45,306 nucleotides of DNA from Promineifilum sp. (GTDB lineage Bacteria; Chloroflexota; Anaerolineae; Promineifilales; Promineifilaceae), in contig NZ_JAYRVJ010000009.1 in NCBI RefSeq assembly GCF_041918635.1, positions 1 through 45,306 on the forward strand, in the 5' to 3' direction. Position numbers and translations under genes: made by a program. The first letter of the stretch is position 1; every line of letters begins with the position of its first letter. Below are positions 41,096-45,306 of the stretch, one piece after another. The notes beneath the pieces were generated by a model. It was not told the DNA's origin. It did not search any database and saw nothing but the letters and a program-made list of their open reading frames with translations.

Positions 41096-42250
41096 ATGAG
41101 TAACGAGACAGCCCCTCTCCCCCACATGGACAGCGCCGGCCTGGCGCTGAACGCCGACGCGCGCTTCCGCCACGTCTTCGCCGAGGGTTTCGACCCCATT
41201 CTGCTGACCGATCACACCGGCCAGATTCTCGACGGCAACCGCCAGGCGCTCAGCTTCTTCGGCATTGAGCGGCGGGCGTTGCTGGCGGCCAACATCCGCG
41301 ACCTCCACCATCCGGCCGAGCCGCTGCCCGACGTGAACAAACTGACCGGCCCCGGTTCCAGCAGCTTCCAAAGCCGCGTGGTCGCCGGCCGCGTGAAGGA
41401 CGGGCGGGAGCGGCAGGTGACGCTGGCCGTCGAGGTGCGCGCCCGCCGCCTGACGCCCGGCCGTGAAGGGACGTGGCAATGGATCTACCACGACGTCTCC
41501 AGCCGCGTCGAACTGGAGGAGATGCGCCAGGACCTCATCGCCATGCTCCTCCACGACCTGCAAAGCCCGCTGAGCAACGTCATCTCGGCCCTCGAACTGT
41601 TGCGCATGCAGATGGAGACGGCCGACAAGGACGAAGTACTGCTGTCGCTGCTCGACATCGCCTCGCGCAGCAGCGCCCAACTCCAGCGGCTCATCGCCTC
41701 GCTGATGGACATCAGCCGGCTGGAGGCGGGCCAGCCGGTGGGGCGGCAGACGGTCGTCAGCTTGCGCAAGCTGGTCAGCGACGCCTATGAGATCGAGGAG
41801 CCGAACTTCGCGCGGCGCGGCGTCGCCTTGCGCACAACGCTGGCCGACGATTTGCCGCCGCTGCTGGTCGAAGAGAACGTCATCACCCGCGTCTTGCTGA
41901 ACCTGTTCGACAACGGCTTGAAGTATAGCCACAATGGCGAACAGATCCGCGTCGAGGGCCGTGCGGCCGACGATGGCATGGTGCTCGTTTCGGTCAGCGA
42001 TCAGGGGGCGGGCGTCCCTAAGGAGTACCGCGAGGTCATCTTTGAGAAGTTCCAGCGCATCAAGGACGGCTCCTCGTCCAAGGGGCTGGGGCTGGGGCTG
42101 GCCTTTTGCCGGTTGGCGGTGGAGGCGCACGGCGGCCGCATTTGGGTTGATGATGCTGTGGGCCGTGGCGCGCGCTTCAACCTGACCTTGCCGGCCGCGC
42201 CGCTCCAGGCGCAGGCCATCGCCGACGGGGAGGACGGCGCCGCGTCATGA
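41096..42250 (+). CDS. Cytoplasmic PAS-domain sensor histidine kinase
   Basis: PAS region; H-box LLHDLQSPL, N-box NLFDNGLKY, DQGAGV, IFEKF and GLGLGL motifs. The start is 41081 or 41096. Confidence 0.9.
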   Translation: MSNETAPLPHMDSAGLALNADARFRHVFAEGFDPILLTDHTGQILDGNRQALSFFGIERRALLAANIRDLHHPAEPLPDVNKLTGPGSSSFQSRVVAGRVKDGRERQVTLAVEVRARRLTPGREGTWQWIYHDVSSRVELEEMRQDLIAMLLHDLQSPLSNVISALELLRMQMETADKDEVLLSLLDIASRSSAQLQRLIASLMDISRLEAGQPVGRQTVVSLRKLVSDAYEIEEPNFARRGVALRTTLADDLPPLLVEENVITRVLLNLFDNGLKYSHNGEQIRVEGRAADDGMVLVSVSDQGAGVPKEYREVIFEKFQRIKDGSSSKGLGLGLAFCRLAVEAHGGRIWVDDAVGRGARFNLTLPAAPLQAQAIADGEDGAAS

Positions 42251-43485
42251 GCGGGCGGCGCGCCTACTATACCGACGCCTACACCACCCGGTTCGCATCG
42301 GTTGTCGAAGAAGTGACCGAGGAAGCTGGCCGGCCCGCCGTCCGGTTGGCCCAGACCTACTTCTATCCCACCTCCGGCGGCCAGCCGAACGATACCGGCT
42401 GTCTGCGCCAGAGGGATCGGACGGCGCGGGTGCTCGACGTGGTGGTGCGCGAGGCGGATGACGCCGTGCTGCACGTCCTCGACGGGCCGCTGAGCCTGGG
42501 CGAGGTGACGGGGGAGATCGACTGGCCGCGGCGCTTCGACCACATGCAGCAGCACACCGGCCAGCACATCCTCTCGCAGGCGTTCATCCGCGTGGCCGAG
42601 GCCGAGACGGTCGGTTTCCACCTCAGCCCCCAGAGCGTCACCATCGACCTGGATCGGGCCGACGTGACGCCGGAGCTGTGGCGCGCGGCCGAACTGCTGG
42701 CGAACGAGGTCATCTGGCAAAACCGCCCCGTCCACGCCCGCGAAGTCGAGCGCGCCGAGGCGGACGCGCTGCCGCTGCGCAAGATACCGCCCGGCCGCGA
42801 CGGCCGGCTGCGGCTGATCGACATCGAGGGGTTTGACCTGACCGCCTGCGGCGGCACGCATGTGGCCCATACCGGCGCGGTTGGCGCGCTGAAGGTGCTC
42901 AAGGTCGAGCGGCGCGGCGCGAACGCCCGCGTCGAGTTTTGCTGCGGCGGCCGGGCGCTGGCCGACTACCGCCAGAAGCACGACGTGGTGACGGGCCTGG
43001 GCGAGGCGCTGACCACGGGGCAGGCCGACCTGCTGCCGGCGGTGGTTCGGCTACAGGACGAGGCCAAGGGATTGCGCGCCACGCTGAAGCGGCAGTCGGC
43101 GGCTCTGTTGGGGCTGGAGGCGCAACAGCTGCTGGCCGAGGCCGAGCCGCTGGGCGCGGCGCGCCTGGTGTGCCGCGTCTTCGCCGGGCGCGAGGCGGAC
43201 GAACTGCGCCAGTTGGGCAAGCTGCTGGCCGAGGCGGGCGGGACGGTCGGCCTGCTGGGCAGCGCCGGGGCGCAGGCGCAACTACTCTTTTGCCGCTCGG
43301 CCGACGCGCCGGGGATGATGGGCGAGTTGATCAAGCCGGCGCTGGCCGCCCTGGGCGGGGCGCGCGGCGGCGGGAGGCCTACCTTCGCCCAGGGCGGGGG
43401 GCCGCCGGCCGGTGAGGCCGCCGTGACCGCCGCGCTGGCCGAGGCGCGTCAGCGGTTGCGGGCCGCCGCGAACGCAGTAGAATGA
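42247..43485 (+). CDS. Alanyl-tRNA editing protein (AlaX-L type, with DHHA1 domain)
   Basis: FYPTSGGQP.D.G, HMQQHTGQH, ACGGTH and GGG..FAQGGG motifs. Confidence 0.9.
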   Translation: MSGRRAYYTDAYTTRFASVVEEVTEEAGRPAVRLAQTYFYPTSGGQPNDTGCLRQRDRTARVLDVVVREADDAVLHVLDGPLSLGEVTGEIDWPRRFDHMQQHTGQHILSQAFIRVAEAETVGFHLSPQSVTIDLDRADVTPELWRAAELLANEVIWQNRPVHAREVERAEADALPLRKIPPGRDGRLRLIDIEGFDLTACGGTHVAHTGAVGALKVLKVERRGANARVEFCCGGRALADYRQKHDVVTGLGEALTTGQADLLPAVVRLQDEAKGLRATLKRQSAALLGLEAQQLLAEAEPLGAARLVCRVFAGREADELRQLGKLLAEAGGTVGLLGSAGAQAQLLFCRSADAPGMMGELIKPALAALGGARGGGRPTFAQGGGPPAGEAAVTAALAEARQRLRAAANAVE

Positions 43486-43524
43486 AGGGTGGAGCAAGAG
43501 GACGAGTGAGCGGGAGGATGGGAG

Positions 43525-44229
43525 ATGGCAATACGGGATAGTAACGCCGCACAGGCCCTGCAGGTGGTGCCTTTCTTCACCAATTTAGGGGACGAGCACG
43601 CCAATGAACTCGCCACACGGCTGGTTCCCCGCCGCTTCGGCCCCGGTCAGGTGATATTTCACCTGGGCGACCCGGGCGGCCTGCTGTATCTGATCAGCCG
43701 CGGCAAGGTGAAGATCAGCCACACCACGCCCGAGGGGCAGGAAGTCGTGCTGGCGATCCTGGGCACGGGCGACTTCTTCGGCGAGCTGGCCCTGCTCGAT
43801 GACTCCCCGCGCTCGGCCACGGCCGTCGCCCTGGAGCCGACTGAGACCTGGACGCTGCACCGCGAGGAGTTCATGCACTACCTGAGTGAGAACCCCGGTT
43901 TCGCCTTGCACGTGCTGAAGATGCTGGCCCGCGTCATTCGTCGGCTCAACACCCAACTGGCCGACATCTTCTTCCTCGATCTACCCGGGCGTCTGGCGCG
44001 GCTGCTGCTCAACCTGTCCGAACAGTATGGCCGCAAGACCCAGGATGGCGTCCTCATTGACCTGGCACTCACTCAGACCGACCTGGCCGAGATGACCGGC
44101 GCGACGCGGGTCAGCATCAACAAGGCCCTCGGCCGCTTCCGGCGCTCCGGCTGGATTCGCGTGAGCGGCCGGCGGGTGACGGTCGTCGATCAGGCGGCGC
44201 TGGAGGGCCTGATCGAGATCTCCGGGTAA
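43525..44229 (+). CDS. Crp/Fnr-family transcriptional regulator
   Basis: GDFFGELALLD..PRSATA cyclic-nucleotide pocket; HTH LTQTDLAEMTGATRVSINKAL. Confidence 0.93.
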   Translation: MAIRDSNAAQALQVVPFFTNLGDEHANELATRLVPRRFGPGQVIFHLGDPGGLLYLISRGKVKISHTTPEGQEVVLAILGTGDFFGELALLDDSPRSATAVALEPTETWTLHREEFMHYLSENPGFALHVLKMLARVIRRLNTQLADIFFLDLPGRLARLLLNLSEQYGRKTQDGVLIDLALTQTDLAEMTGATRVSINKALGRFRRSGWIRVSGRRVTVVDQAALEGLIEISG

Positions 44230-44395
44230 TTTCACTCCCCTGATTAGAAAGAGAGAAAAAGTACGCCGCAACCGCGCCTGTCGTGTATAAACATGAGATG
44301 GCGCGCTGATGGCACCTGGCCGGTATGGGCGGTGGAGCGGGCGTGGCAGCGAAAACCAAACCGATCCTTTCGGACTAGCGATTGATCAGACGACG

Positions 44396-45306
44396 ATGGG
44401 CGTGACCGACATCGAACACGACAACCTGGACGCGGCGGCGCGAGCAGCGGCGCGCGCCGAGGCGCTGGTAGTCATCCTGCTCCTGGCGGTGCTCGCCCTG
44501 GGGGCCTATTTCCGCCTGGTCGGCCTCGATTGGGACGCTGGCAGCCACCTCCACCCCGACGAGCGCTTCTTGACCATTGTAGCCGGCAAGATCAGCGGCG
44601 TGGAGAACCCCCTCGACTACCTGCGCACCTCCCGTTCGACGCTCAACCCGTATAACTTTGGCGAATCTTTCTACGTCTATGGCAACCTGCCCATGACGGT
44701 GGTGCGCTACGCCGCCGAGTGGATGGCCGGCGTCTGCGACTTCGCCGCCGACGTGGCCGGCGCGCCGCTCGCCTGGTGCCAGCGCGTCTACACTGGCTAC
44801 GACGGCATCCAGCTGGTCGGCCGCGCTCTGTCGGCGCTGGTCGATCTCGTCTCCATTCTGTTCACCTTCCTGATCGGCCGGCGGCTCTATAGCGCCTGGG
44901 CCGGCCTGTTCGCCGCGCTGCTTTTGGCTGTGGCCGTCATGCCCATCCAGCAGTCCCACTTCTTCACGATGGACAACTGGGCGACGGTGTTCACCACGTT
45001 GGCGCTCTACGCCGCCGTGCGCGCCGCCTCGCTGGGCGACGCCGAGCCGCGCTGGCGGCTGCGCTGGTGGGCGCTGTTCGGTCTGGCCTTGGGCCTGGCC
45101 GCCGCCTCGCGCATCAATATGGCGCCGTTGGCGTTGGTCATTAATGTGAGTGCGGTGATCTGGGTGGCGCGCCGGGGCGCCGGGGTGCAGGGGAGCGGGG
45201 GAGCGGGGGAGAGCGTTGCTCGTCGCTCGCCGCTCGTCGTTCAGCCGCGTGACCTGGAGCGGGCGCTCATCGGCATCGCCCTGGCCGCGATCGTGTCCAT
45301 CCTGAC
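44396..45306 (+). CDS. 3'-truncated GT-C/PMT-like membrane glycosyltransferase
   Basis: Frame open to the window end: LGAYFRLVGLDWDAGSHLHPDERFLT..YGNLP..IQQSHFFTMD; multiple TM helices. It is absent from the ORF track because it has no stop in the window. Confidence 0.75.
   Translation, partial: MGVTDIEHDNLDAAARAAARAEALVVILLLAVLALGAYFRLVGLDWDAGSHLHPDERFLTIVAGKISGVENPLDYLRTSRSTLNPYNFGESFYVYGNLPMTVVRYAAEWMAGVCDFAADVAGAPLAWCQRVYTGYDGIQLVGRALSALVDLVSILFTFLIGRRLYSAWAGLFAALLLAVAVMPIQQSHFFTMDNWATVFTTLALYAAVRAASLGDAEPRWRLRWWALFGLALGLAAASRINMAPLALVINVSAVIWVARRGAGVQGSGGAGESVARRSPLVVQPRDLERALIGIALAAIVSIL
45181..45243. repeat. Octamer (family G) and heptamer (family H type) arrays inside the glycosyltransferase CDS
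   Basis: GGGGTGCAGGGGAGCGGGGGAGCGGGGGAG followed by TGCTCGT CGCTCGC CGCTCGT CGTTC; the frame is preserved. Confidence 0.7.

Noticed and set aside
38535-45306. tRNA-Sec or UGA-readthrough selenoprotein near selA
   Set aside because: No cloverleaf was seen, and no neighbouring gene needs an in-frame UGA to be complete.

Overview
High-GC chromosomal core region, most consistent with a Chloroflexota (Anaerolineae/Ardenticatenia, 'Ca. Promineifilum'-like) genome. That assignment is inferred from the beta-prime insertion, the HLHPDERFL-type membrane glycosyltransferase and the acidic AWLE-repeat protein. The window holds about 36 CDSs. Housekeeping genes: glpX-like, xseA/xseB, rsfS, ndk, hppA, ftsY, frameshifted prfB, rpoC without an adjacent rpoB, fni plus a prenyl synthase, selA, tsaD and AlaX. 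It also carries two HDAC-family genes, a small glycan cluster, a rifampin-phosphotransferase-like PEP-utilising enzyme, a DnaE2-like polymerase and a tandem pair of STAND-like ATPases, one with a receiver domain. No rRNA, tRNA, CRISPR array or transposase was seen. The most striking signal is non-genic. About nine families of short palindromic or inverted tandem-repeat elements (GTAG..CTAC REP-like hairpins and inverted 7-, 8- and 9-mer arrays) occupy many gene junctions. They supply or overlap the stop codons of nine genes and sit in-frame inside at least three proteins. Other notable points are a GlpX that appears to have lost metal ligands, a CTG-initiated rsfS, several leaderless-type promoters, a leader hairpin and an acidic tail on rpoC, and an ~825-aa acidic scaffold-like protein.
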